Assembly: GCA_963662285.2 (NCBI GenBank)
Contig: CAXXMV010000008.1
Location: 960,001-1,024,000, forward strand
Direction of reading: 5' to 3'
Length of the DNA stretch: 64,000 bases
Origin: a bacterium
GTDB taxonomy: Bacteria > Hinthialibacterota > Hinthialibacteria > Hinthialibacterales > Hinthialibacteraceae
Part shown: positions 9,881-19,243 of the stretch, piece by piece
Layout: every line of letters starts with the position of its first letter
Position numbering within the stretch: position 1 is the first letter of the stretch
Position numbers and translations under genes: made by a program
Notes under the pieces: model-generated
Told to the model about the DNA's origin: nothing
Seen by the model: only the letters and a program-made list of their open reading frames with translations
Database searches by the model: none

Positions 9881-10657
9881 CTATTCAAGAGACATGTTCC
9901 ACAAATCAAGTTCAGGAATAGCATGGAATTGAGTGAAATCCTCTCCCAGGGGAGTAACGGAAATTTTATCTTCTTCCAAGGCGTGGAAATCGGTTCCCTC
10001 AGATTTGACCCAGGTTGGCGTTTCACCGCCGATCCAATAGTAATCCTTACCCTGTGGATCGACGCGGCGGATGATTTTATCCCGGTAAATACGCTGACCC
10101 AAGCGGGTCACGGCAATTCCCTTGATCTCTTCCCAGGGCATATTGGGAATATTGACATTCAAGAACGAACCATCCGGCATGTGCTTGGAAAGGATAGACT
10201 TAGCCAGAATAGCGGCGAAACGCGCCCCCGATTCGAAATGATATTCCCCGCCCTCTTGAGGGACATCCATCGAAATAGCGAACGATGGTTTGCCATGCAG
10301 ATGGCCTTCATGAGCAGCGGCGACAGTGCCGGAATAGACTGTGTCGATTCCAAGATTAGGGCCGCGGTTAATGCCGGAAGCAACCAGATCAGGCGGTTCA
10401 TCCAGGAATCCGCGCGTGCCGAACATGACGCAGTCCGCCGGAGTGCCATCAATTACATAGGTATTGTCACCCAAATCCTGTAATCGAATAGGGTGATTCA
10501 TGGTAAAAGAATGGGAAACAGCGCTTCGTTCCCGGTCAGGAGCGATGATATAGACCTCGCCCAATTTACGCATAGCATCAGCTAAAGCAGAGAGACCGGG
10601 GGAATGTATTCCATCATCGTTGGTTACTAGAATTCTAGGTTTTTTTTTGGTAGACAT
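9881..10657 (-). CDS. surE: 5'/3'-nucleotidase SurE
   Basis: ILVTNDDG, GTPADCV, SGINRGPNLG, YSGTVAAA, LNVNIP. Confidence 0.97.
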   Translation of the reverse strand: MSTKKKPRILVTNDDGIHSPGLSALADAMRKLGEVYIIAPDRERSAVSHSFTMNHPIRLQDLGDNTYVIDGTPADCVMFGTRGFLDEPPDLVASGINRGPNLGIDTVYSGTVAAAHEGHLHGKPSFAISMDVPQEGGEYHFESGARFAAILAKSILSKHMPDGSFLNVNIPNMPWEEIKGIAVTRLGQRIYRDKIIRRVDPQGKDYYWIGGETPTWVKSEGTDFHALEEDKISVTPLGEDFTQFHAIPELDLWNMSLE

Positions 10658-10801
10658 TTTACTCTCAATGTTTATTGTAGTAGAGATACGACAATCATCG
10701 GTCAGGAAATAACCAAGTAGATATGTTAGCCTTGATCAAAGCAAGCGAACAAGGAGGGTAAGCGGGCGCCAGATAGGAACTTTACATGCAACAGATAAAA
10801 A

Positions 10802-12379
10802 TCATGCGCTGTTTTCGGCCAAGGCGGCAAAAGGCGAGGCCGATAAAAGTGAATCAAGAATGATAGTAAAGTATTGAGAACGCTGACGTTTTGAGTTGCT
10901 GCTGTTACCAAGAAAATCCACATCTCCATAGGAATCACAATTTATTGGAATATATGAATTAAAAGGGCCATTGCGAAACACGCCAAATACTTCAACATTC
11001 TGTTCTTCCCAGGGAAAATCAATCAGCCATCCTTTTTGATCAGCGATATCCTCATCGATTTTTCGCTTCTCTATGCTCCGGTCTTTCTTTTTATCAACAA
11101 TTGCCTGAATCGAATTGCGGGCTATGGCAATAACATCCATACCTTTGCCTTTAAGAATATCGCCCTTGCTGCTGGAAGCAATTTCTTTACGTTTATTATC
11201 TATCTCGGTTTCAGTAAGAGTTATTAGTCCTGGAGCGCCTGGTTCCTGTTGAGCAAAGCGGGAGAAGATTTCATAAAACCTTTCCAAATGCAGATGGTAT
11301 TGATCTGCTGCATAGGCGCGAGCAAAACCATTTTTTCCATAAAAAACCACATTGCGGGGCAACGAATTCATAAGAGAAGCCAATGAATCAAAACTGGATT
11401 TAATATGAGATAACACATAAAAACGAAATTTAATAGATAAATCATTCCGTGAAATAAACTGACGTACACGGCTATGATCTGTATTATTGAATCGATGCTC
11501 GCTGGAAAACTGCCACGTATATAAAAATGATTCCAATTCTTCAAGACTCTCCATTTTTATATTCGTATTCTTGCTATCAATCTGCTTATCCATAGATTCA
11601 ATAAATGACCGGTATGCCTGGATATCCTGCTCGTAATCTTTGAGCAGGCCAGATCGAATAGTAGCAGATACAGCATCTAATAAAACATGATTGGAAGAAT
11701 TTGCGTTTCGTGCAATTTCAGTTTGAAGAGTGTGCTTATAAATGGTTAACCAGCGCTCCCAGCCTTCCATACCTTTTATGTTGTTGACCGCTTTCAAAGC
11801 CTCAGCGTTGGTATTTCGTCCCAGCATGGCGAATCCGATCAAGTCCGCCTGGCGGCGTATTTCATGAGAGGCATACCGTTGTAAAATTCTATCTTTTCCC
11901 TCTAGATTGATGCCTGAATCTTGCAGGTGCTTCTTCGCTTCACTTTCAGATATGGAGATAATACGATTCAGAATATCTTTGACTTGAGACTCAATTTTGT
12001 TTTCCAGTTCTTCAGTTCGCTTGATAATCTGAGATATACGATCAATTATTGGTTCATCATTAACTTTATGATTTTTCTGAAATTCCAGGCATTTCTGTTC
12101 AAAATAAGATAAATCATCATTATTCAACCAGATTTTAGCTTTTTTGAATGCTTCTTTTACATTTCTTTCTCCCCACACCCGTTCTTTACTGGTTTTACGC
12201 CATGACCATTTATAAAAAGCTGTAGTTTTACCACCCCATTGTTTGTTTGCCAAACCAAGGTCAGTTAATATAGATTTCTGTTTATTTTGTGAAGATGCTC
12301 CGCTAAAGAGCAACATAATCACGCCAATAAAAGAAACAGCTATCACGGGAATTAAAATCATGTAAAGCATTGTTAACAT
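10802..12379 (-). CDS. Hypothetical membrane-anchored, helical protein
   Basis: 525-aa ORF in AT-rich DNA; N-terminal TM segment, coiled-coil-like stretches, no motif recognised. Confidence 0.6.
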   Translation of the reverse strand: MLTMLYMILIPVIAVSFIGVIMLLFSGASSQNKQKSILTDLGLANKQWGGKTTAFYKWSWRKTSKERVWGERNVKEAFKKAKIWLNNDDLSYFEQKCLEFQKNHKVNDEPIIDRISQIIKRTEELENKIESQVKDILNRIISISESEAKKHLQDSGINLEGKDRILQRYASHEIRRQADLIGFAMLGRNTNAEALKAVNNIKGMEGWERWLTIYKHTLQTEIARNANSSNHVLLDAVSATIRSGLLKDYEQDIQAYRSFIESMDKQIDSKNTNIKMESLEELESFLYTWQFSSEHRFNNTDHSRVRQFISRNDLSIKFRFYVLSHIKSSFDSLASLMNSLPRNVVFYGKNGFARAYAADQYHLHLERFYEIFSRFAQQEPGAPGLITLTETEIDNKRKEIASSSKGDILKGKGMDVIAIARNSIQAIVDKKKDRSIEKRKIDEDIADQKGWLIDFPWEEQNVEVFGVFRNGPFNSYIPINCDSYGDVDFLGNSSNSKRQRSQYFTIILDSLLSASPFAALAENSA

Positions 12380-12658
12380 CGCATCCTAAAACAGAATAAG
12401 TTATATACCAAATAATTAATATTTTGTAAAATATTAATATATATTATATAACACTTTACGAGATATACAAACGATTTATTTTTAACTCTATCCTTATTCC
12501 ATTTTTGTTTATAGAATTAATTATCTTTCTAAATTATATAAAACGATCTTAATATAATCGACATGTATTCATAACACATGTAGTTTAAATAATTAAATAT
12601 TGTATACAGATTATTTATGTTTTTTCATTATATCATAACATTTATTTCATGAGGACGA

Positions 12659-14887
12659 ATGACAGCTAATCCACGCTTCGTAGAAGTCGCTTTTCCAATG
12701 CCGCCCCGAACCCTCTTCACCTATCGAATACCAGAAGAGATGCAGGAGAAAGTGAAGCCCGGTTGTCGTATTTATGCTCCATTAGGAAAACGAAAGGTTC
12801 TGGGATATGCCATTAATCTGACAGAAGAGCCGTCTTTCGATCTAAAATCCATCAAACCAATCTACCAGCTTATCGATGATGAATCACTTTTCGGCGATGA
12901 GCTTATCCGTTTTCTACATTGGGTATCCGACTACTATCTCGCATCATTAGGAGATACTTTCTCAGCGGCGTATCCATTCGCCCCATCAGTCAAGACAAGA
13001 ATGATAAAGGTAGTAGTGCTGGATGACGGCATCCAATCCAGCAGTGCAATTCCCGATGATATTCGTCATGAGAATCAACGTCGCGTGATTGAATTCCTCA
13101 TCAACCGCAAAGCTTTATTATCTCCATCCGATATAGTACGGGAGGTCGGCGTTTCGCCTTCCACCATCAAGACGCTGCAACAAAAAGGCGTACTGCGATT
13201 GGAATCACGCGAGTCGTTGAGAATACCAATATTTTCTCAAAACGAGATAAATTCATCAAATTTAACGTTGACGGATGAACAGGAAAACGCACTAAAACTG
13301 ATTGATGAATCATTAAGCAAGAAGACGCCCAAAGCGATTCTGCTGCATGGCGTAACCGGCAGCGGCAAAACTGAAGTCTATTTACAAGCTATAGAACACT
13401 GCCTGGAGATGGGAAGAACCGCGCTGGTTCTTATCCCGGAAATTTCATTGACGCCACAAACCATGGATCGATTCCGTTCGCGGTTCGGCGCCGAGGTGGG
13501 CATCCTGCATAGCGGATTAGGTCAGGGCGAGCGTTATGATGAATGGCGCATGACCAAGAAAGGCAAGCGCCGCATCGTGGTCGGAACCCGCTCCGCCATT
13601 TTTGCTCCTCTCGATAAACCGGGCATCATCATTGTCGATGAAGAGCATGATGGATCATATAAACAATCCGATCCCAGTCCGCGATATCATGCGCGCGACC
13701 TGGCTGTCGCCCGTGCGCACATGACTGGCGCCTTATGCATACTGGGTTCAGCCACTCCAGCCACCGAATCAACCCATAACGCCCGTACGGGAAAGTATCA
13801 ATACGTCCCCATGAGAAAGCGGATTTCCACTCATGGATTGCCTACCGTCAAACTGGTCGATATGCGCGGACGGGGAGAGGACGAAGAGGTTTTAAGCCAG
13901 GAAACATTGGAAGCGCTTTGGGAACGTTGTGAAAAAAAGCAGCAATCCATTCTCTTTCTCAACCGCAGGGGATTCGCAACCACGCTGTCCTGTAACAAAT
14001 GCGGTCATATATTAACCTGCTCCCATTGCAGCGTAGCAATGGTTTATCACCGCAAGCAAAACCAATTGGTCTGCCACCATTGCGACTCGCGCATTCCCTT
14101 ACCAGACAACTGCCCGGCTTGCAATGAGCATTTTATCCGTCAAAGGGGATTCGGAACCGAGCGGGTAGTTCACGAGATAGAAAAGAAGATTCCCCATGCC
14201 CGTATAATCCGCATCGACCGGGATACCACCACGAAAAAAGGAGACCACGACCGTCTGTTGACCCCCTTCCGCAATGGTGAAGCCGATATCCTGGTCGGCA
14301 CTCAGATGATCGCCAAGGGTTTGGATTTCCCAAACGTGACCCTGGTTGGCGTTATCAATGCGGATTACTCGCTGTCGCTGCCCGATTTCCGCGCGTCTGA
14401 ACGCACCTTCTTTTTGTTGACTCAGGTGGCGGGACGCTCCGGCCGGGGAGACCAGGCTGGTGAAGTTTTGATTCAGACGTATTGCCCGGATCATTACAGC
14501 GTTCAGTTGGCATTGAAACAGGATTACGACGCCTTTTTCGAGAAGGAAATCCGCTACCGCAGGTTGATAGCGTTCCCTCCATTTTCCCGGTTGGTGTTAT
14601 GGCGCATTGAAGCAGCCAACGAGGACGTGGCGCGGGGTAAATCATGGGAATTATATAACATCCTATGCGAAGGCTTAAAAACCCAGAGCGGCATAACTCT
14701 GCTGCCTCCAGTAGAAGCCCCGCTATACCGCCTGCGCGACTACTACCGCTGGCAAGTAGCGCTCAAAAGCCGCGACCATCGAGCCTTCCGCCCGCTGCTG
14801 ACCAGCAAGGAACTGCAAAAGTTTATGTCGCAACGCAAGCAGGATTTACGGATTGTGCAGGATGTTGATCCTTTTGATATGCTTTAG
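12659..14887 (+). CDS. priA: Primosomal protein N' (replication restart helicase)
   Basis: GVTGSGKTEVY Walker A, DEEH, LGSATP, four CxxC zinc motifs, GTQMIAKGLDFP, QVAGRSGR, ends DVDP. Confidence 0.97.
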   Translation: MTANPRFVEVAFPMPPRTLFTYRIPEEMQEKVKPGCRIYAPLGKRKVLGYAINLTEEPSFDLKSIKPIYQLIDDESLFGDELIRFLHWVSDYYLASLGDTFSAAYPFAPSVKTRMIKVVVLDDGIQSSSAIPDDIRHENQRRVIEFLINRKALLSPSDIVREVGVSPSTIKTLQQKGVLRLESRESLRIPIFSQNEINSSNLTLTDEQENALKLIDESLSKKTPKAILLHGVTGSGKTEVYLQAIEHCLEMGRTALVLIPEISLTPQTMDRFRSRFGAEVGILHSGLGQGERYDEWRMTKKGKRRIVVGTRSAIFAPLDKPGIIIVDEEHDGSYKQSDPSPRYHARDLAVARAHMTGALCILGSATPATESTHNARTGKYQYVPMRKRISTHGLPTVKLVDMRGRGEDEEVLSQETLEALWERCEKKQQSILFLNRRGFATTLSCNKCGHILTCSHCSVAMVYHRKQNQLVCHHCDSRIPLPDNCPACNEHFIRQRGFGTERVVHEIEKKIPHARIIRIDRDTTTKKGDHDRLLTPFRNGEADILVGTQMIAKGLDFPNVTLVGVINADYSLSLPDFRASERTFFLLTQVAGRSGRGDQAGEVLIQTYCPDHYSVQLALKQDYDAFFEKEIRYRRLIAFPPFSRLVLWRIEAANEDVARGKSWELYNILCEGLKTQSGITLLPPVEAPLYRLRDYYRWQVALKSRDHRAFRPLLTSKELQKFMSQRKQDLRIVQDVDPFDML

Positions 14888-14917
14888 ATACGCTAATTTA
14901 ATCCACCCAATCGTTGT

Positions 14918-15802
14918 TTATTCCTCTGTTCGAAGGTATCCGTACTTTGCAGATAGTTTCTGAGCATCTGTCAGGTTGTAGTCGTAATTATACAGTGCTT
15001 TTTCAAAGGTCCCATATATAGGATTTGAAAGGATAAACCACTGCGTTCCCCATCGTGATTGATGTGCAGAGGCTTTCTCTATCCGTTCAGCCGGTGTAGC
15101 TTTTCCAAAAAAGGCGAAGTCGTTGTAGTCATCACCCACTAGCAATATAACTCTGTGCGTCTTGACGATTTCAGCCCTACGGGAAGTCTTGTCTGAATCC
15201 CATTCAGGCCTCTCTTTCTTGCATAGAACATCATTTGCGGTGATTTTCGAATCGATAGCCACTTGGAGATTCTTAACCGTCGGAGCTTCTAACTCCCTGT
15301 TGGTGATATAGAACACATGGACGCCGCGTTCACGTACACTTGCTATGAATTCTTTTGCGCCTGGCATTGGGATGGCTTTGGTTTCTTGAACCCAATCCCT
15401 CCACAGAGCCTGGTCATAGTCAACGCCCTTGCTAACGAGTCTTGCCTGGAATGGGGAGTTGTCTAGGATTGTTTCGTCAACATCAACAATAATTGCCGGT
15501 GGAAGGCTTTGATACCTCTCTGTCTGCTCAATTGCAGCGGTCCAGTTGGCGTCCGATAATCCTTGCTCTAAACTTTTAAGCGCATTAGAAAAGACCTGAT
15601 AACAGGAAAACCGATACTCAACTGACGTCTGCACCCAGGAGACTCCACGGAGTATCTCATGGGATTTACGACAATTACTCAGCCGAGCAGAATCATCGGA
15701 TTGATTACGCGTTGACGCACATCCACCAAATATAAAAACAATCATTACAAAGGATGCAAGTACTTTCATTGGAGTGCTCTTAGTTCTTATTGATGTAATC
15801 AT
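14918..15802 (-). CDS. Class C acid phosphatase / 5'-nucleotidase lipoprotein, e(P4) family
   Basis: Lipobox FGGC; DVDETILDNS, YITNR, GDDYNDF, NPIYG motifs; true start may be the second Met (MKVL). Confidence 0.88.
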   Translation of the reverse strand: MITSIRTKSTPMKVLASFVMIVFIFGGCASTRNQSDDSARLSNCRKSHEILRGVSWVQTSVEYRFSCYQVFSNALKSLEQGLSDANWTAAIEQTERYQSLPPAIIVDVDETILDNSPFQARLVSKGVDYDQALWRDWVQETKAIPMPGAKEFIASVRERGVHVFYITNRELEAPTVKNLQVAIDSKITANDVLCKKERPEWDSDKTSRRAEIVKTHRVILLVGDDYNDFAFFGKATPAERIEKASAHQSRWGTQWFILSNPIYGTFEKALYNYDYNLTDAQKLSAKYGYLRTEE

Positions 15803-16152
15803 TAATGTATACCTAATATCAAAGAATAGTGATGCAGATTTGTTGCATCGGCATCAATCATGTTGTTATTCAAATTTGTCCAAAATATTCATATAACACT
15901 AAAACTATCACTACTTGAAGTCAAGATAATTATGGTAAAATTTACTATCTTTGATTATTTGTATACCAATAAATCAGTTTTTATTCTTACGTTATTACAT
16001 CACCATCAAATTCAGCACTATAAGCGACAGCAAAATATTGATCCTCTCGGAATGCTGTAGAATAATTTGTATAAAAATGTTATCATTCAAACAACTAATA
16101 TTCCGTAGATTTATTCTATGGGTCAAACCAGCGTGAGGACTACATTATCGTT

Positions 16153-19100
16153 ATGAGAAACTACTGTATTGATTTGTGTTTAATTGGATTACTAATTATT
16201 TGCGCTCTTCCGGCAGGTTCAGACGTCGTCATCAATGAGATCATGTATCACCCTGAATCGGATCAAGATGATGATGAGTATATAGAGTTAGTCAACACTG
16301 GATCAGAAACGGTGAATCTGTCGGATTGGTCTATCAAAGGTATAAATTATAAGTTCCCGGCGGGAAGCGAAATTAATTCCGGCCAGTATTTGGTGGTGGC
16401 CAAGAATCCCGCCCGGTTCCAATCTACTTACAGCATCGAACCGTATGGGCCTTATGATGGGATATTGAGAGACAGCGGCGAGTCGTTGCGTCTGGTGGAT
16501 GCCAACGAGCAGGAAATTGATAGTGTGGAATATGATGATGAAAATCCCTGGCCGATCGCCGCTGATGGATTAGGAGCATCGCTGGAATGCATCAATCCAT
16601 CTTTTGATAATGCTCATCCCCGTAACTGGCGCGCTGCGGGTCAGGGATCGGAGTGGCAATACGTTGAAATTACTGATCAAGCCACAGCCACGCGGCTCTA
16701 TTTTTATTTGTAGGGCGCGGGCGAGTGCCTGATTGACGATGTTCAACTAATTAGTCATGAGACGTCAATCCAGGCGGGTTCATATCAAAGCATCGCTCAT
16801 CCAATGCAGTACCGGCACACGCCGGGAGGAGCGCAATACCTGGATATGCATTTGTCGAATACGGCAATTTTATTCGACGATACTATCAATCCACAAACAA
16901 TAAAGCTGCCTGATAATCCCAAGATCATGATTTTCGCTATAACTTTAACGACTTCGGAGGGCGAAGTCCAACTGGATTTATCGGAGGCTTTCAATCTCGA
17001 CGGCATCTCATGGTCAGATAATATTACAGACGGAAACCTGGATGGCGGAGGCTGCAGCTACGCGGCTGAACTGCTGCCGGAGGATCATATAATTACATCC
17101 GATGACGAACTGCCACAGGTTAATTGGACTATGGGATCGTACACGGATGGAGACCTTAACTGCATACGCTGTGAAGGTCAGAGCATTACTGTACCATCCG
17201 GTATGTATACCGGAATATACCTGCTGGCCAGCGCGGTTAACACAAGCACCGAAGAGGAACTGCTTACAGCCTCTAGTCCCAGTATGCAGCGCCAATTTCC
17301 AATTTCAGTTACTGATTGGGCTGTTGCTTTACCGGAAGGCGTCACAGGACCAGCAAACCTCGTACCCAATGGCAATTTCGAACAGAGCAGCGGACGATGG
17401 AATACATTGGGCGCTTACGCCGGTTCGTATATCTGGTCGGGCGATGCGCATGAGGGATCGTACTGCATGCACGTCGTGGGTACGGATGCAGGTTTGGATC
17501 ACAGATCGAGCGTTTGGCAAACTATAGCCGCAGCACAGATCGGCGAGACATATACTTTATCATTCTGGGCCAAGGGATTATCAGGCAACAGTACGCTGGT
17601 CAGCCGGTTCTATGGCGACAGTCATCTCACCGAGACGCAATTATCGGCCAAGGGATCTCCGGGATTACTCAATAGCGTTTTTTCCGTAGATATACCTCCA
17701 TTCATTACTGAAGTTTCGCAATCACCTGAAGAACCTTCCTCAGATGATCCACTGCTGATAACTGCTCGTATTGAGGATATCGAGGGACTTACGTCAACCG
17801 TTTTGACCTACCAGGTTGGTAATGGTTTGCGGCAGGATATTGCGATGTCGGATGACGGTTTCGACGGTGATGCTGCTGCGGGAGACGGAATATACTCCGC
17901 GCAGATACCCGCCGCTCCATCGCAGAGCATCATTCGCTATAAAATACTGGCGACCGATAACGCCGGGCAAGTTACTTCAGCGCCGCTGAAAAATGAACCA
18001 ACCGAAGTTTTCGGCGCGTTTGTCTATGACGGTGAACTGCAATCCAAGACGCCAATTTATTGGCTTTTCCTGAGTAATGAGGTTTATCAAAACCTTTTGA
18101 GGTATCCGCAAAGCAATGATTTCGTAAAAGGAACCGTGGCCATAGGTGGAAGAGCGTATGATAACGTAGGCATAAGGTTCCGGGGTCAATGGGCCAGATC
18201 GTGGCCTAAGAAAAGTTGGAAACTCCGCTTCAATAAAGATAACTATTTTGATGGTAGACGCACAGTCAACCTGAATTCTGGATATCATGACCGCGCTTAT
18301 ATCCGCGAATACCTCTGTTACCGTTTCTACCGTGAAGCCGGATGCCGGGCCTGTAAGGCTCAGATGGTTCAAGTATATCTAAACGGAGAATTCTATGGGA
18401 TTGAGGTGGATGTCGAGCAGGTCAATGAGCAGTTTCTCGAAGCAAACGGCCTTGACGCTGATGGTAATATTTATAAGAGCAAACAGGGCGGAGATCTACG
18501 AAAACTTTCATCAGAAAGTGCATATCATGGTCCTTATGAGAAAAAGACCAACGAAAATGAGGATTGGAGCGACCTGAAAGAATTCGCTGACGGATTGGCT
18601 GATACGCCCTCAAGCGAGATACATGCCTTCTTGCATCAAAATGTTCCAGTAGACGAAATACTGCGTTACTGGGCGGCGACTACCATCTTGCAGAATTGGG
18701 ATTCGATCATTAAAAACCATTATCTATACCATGATACCAATGATACGGGACTCTGGTATATGATTCCCTGGGATCTCGACCGAACCTGGGGAGAGTATGC
18801 CAATTGGAATCTAGGCGCTGAGCAGGATATTCTGGCGGGTATGCGTCAGCATCCACCCGGATTCGGATTGCCCAGCGACTGGTGGAACCGGCTGATTGAC
18901 GCCATGCTCAAACAACCGGATATGCTGGAACAATACTATGGTCACATTCGCTACCAGCTCGATAATATTTTCACTGAAGAGAATATAAACCAATGGATCA
19001 GCGAACAGTATCAGAACATCTATGATCTTGTACCCGCCGACCAACAGCAATGGGGAACGCATGGCGCGTGGCAGCCTTTCAGGCAGGAGATCGAGAATTG

Positions 19101-19179
19101 CAAGGATTTCGTGCGAGACCGCCGCGCATTTCTTTACCAGTTTCTACCTGTGGATGTTGCGGATTGGCAGGTTTATTAA
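16153..19179 (+). pseudogene. Lamin-tail + CBM-like + Ig-like + CotH kinase family secreted protein with one in-frame TAG at 16711-16713 (nonsense allele, readthrough or sequence error); C-terminal VxxWxxY tag
   Basis: ORFs 16153-16713 and 16804-19179 are in the same frame with no other stop (RLYFYL*GAGECLIDDVQL...). VVINEIMYHP lamin tail; MSDDGFDGDAAAGDGIY; CotH motifs RFRG, KKSWK, KNHYLY, PWDLD; ends VDVADWQVY. Confidence 0.85.
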
Positions 19180-19196
19180 TATTGCATACATAGTAT

Positions 19197-19233
19197 ACAG
19201 TTCAAAGTCCCTATTTGAGGGACTTTGAACTGT
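19197..19233. terminator. Long hairpin between convergent genes
   Basis: ACAGTTCAAAGTCCCT-atttg-AGGGACTTTGAACTGT, 16-bp perfect stem. Confidence 0.75.
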
Positions 19234-19243
19234 CATCATTATG

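Noticed and set aside
9191-10657. surE-yqaA without the usual pcm/nlpD genes
   Set aside because: Gene loss or shuffling in this operon is common and not informative.
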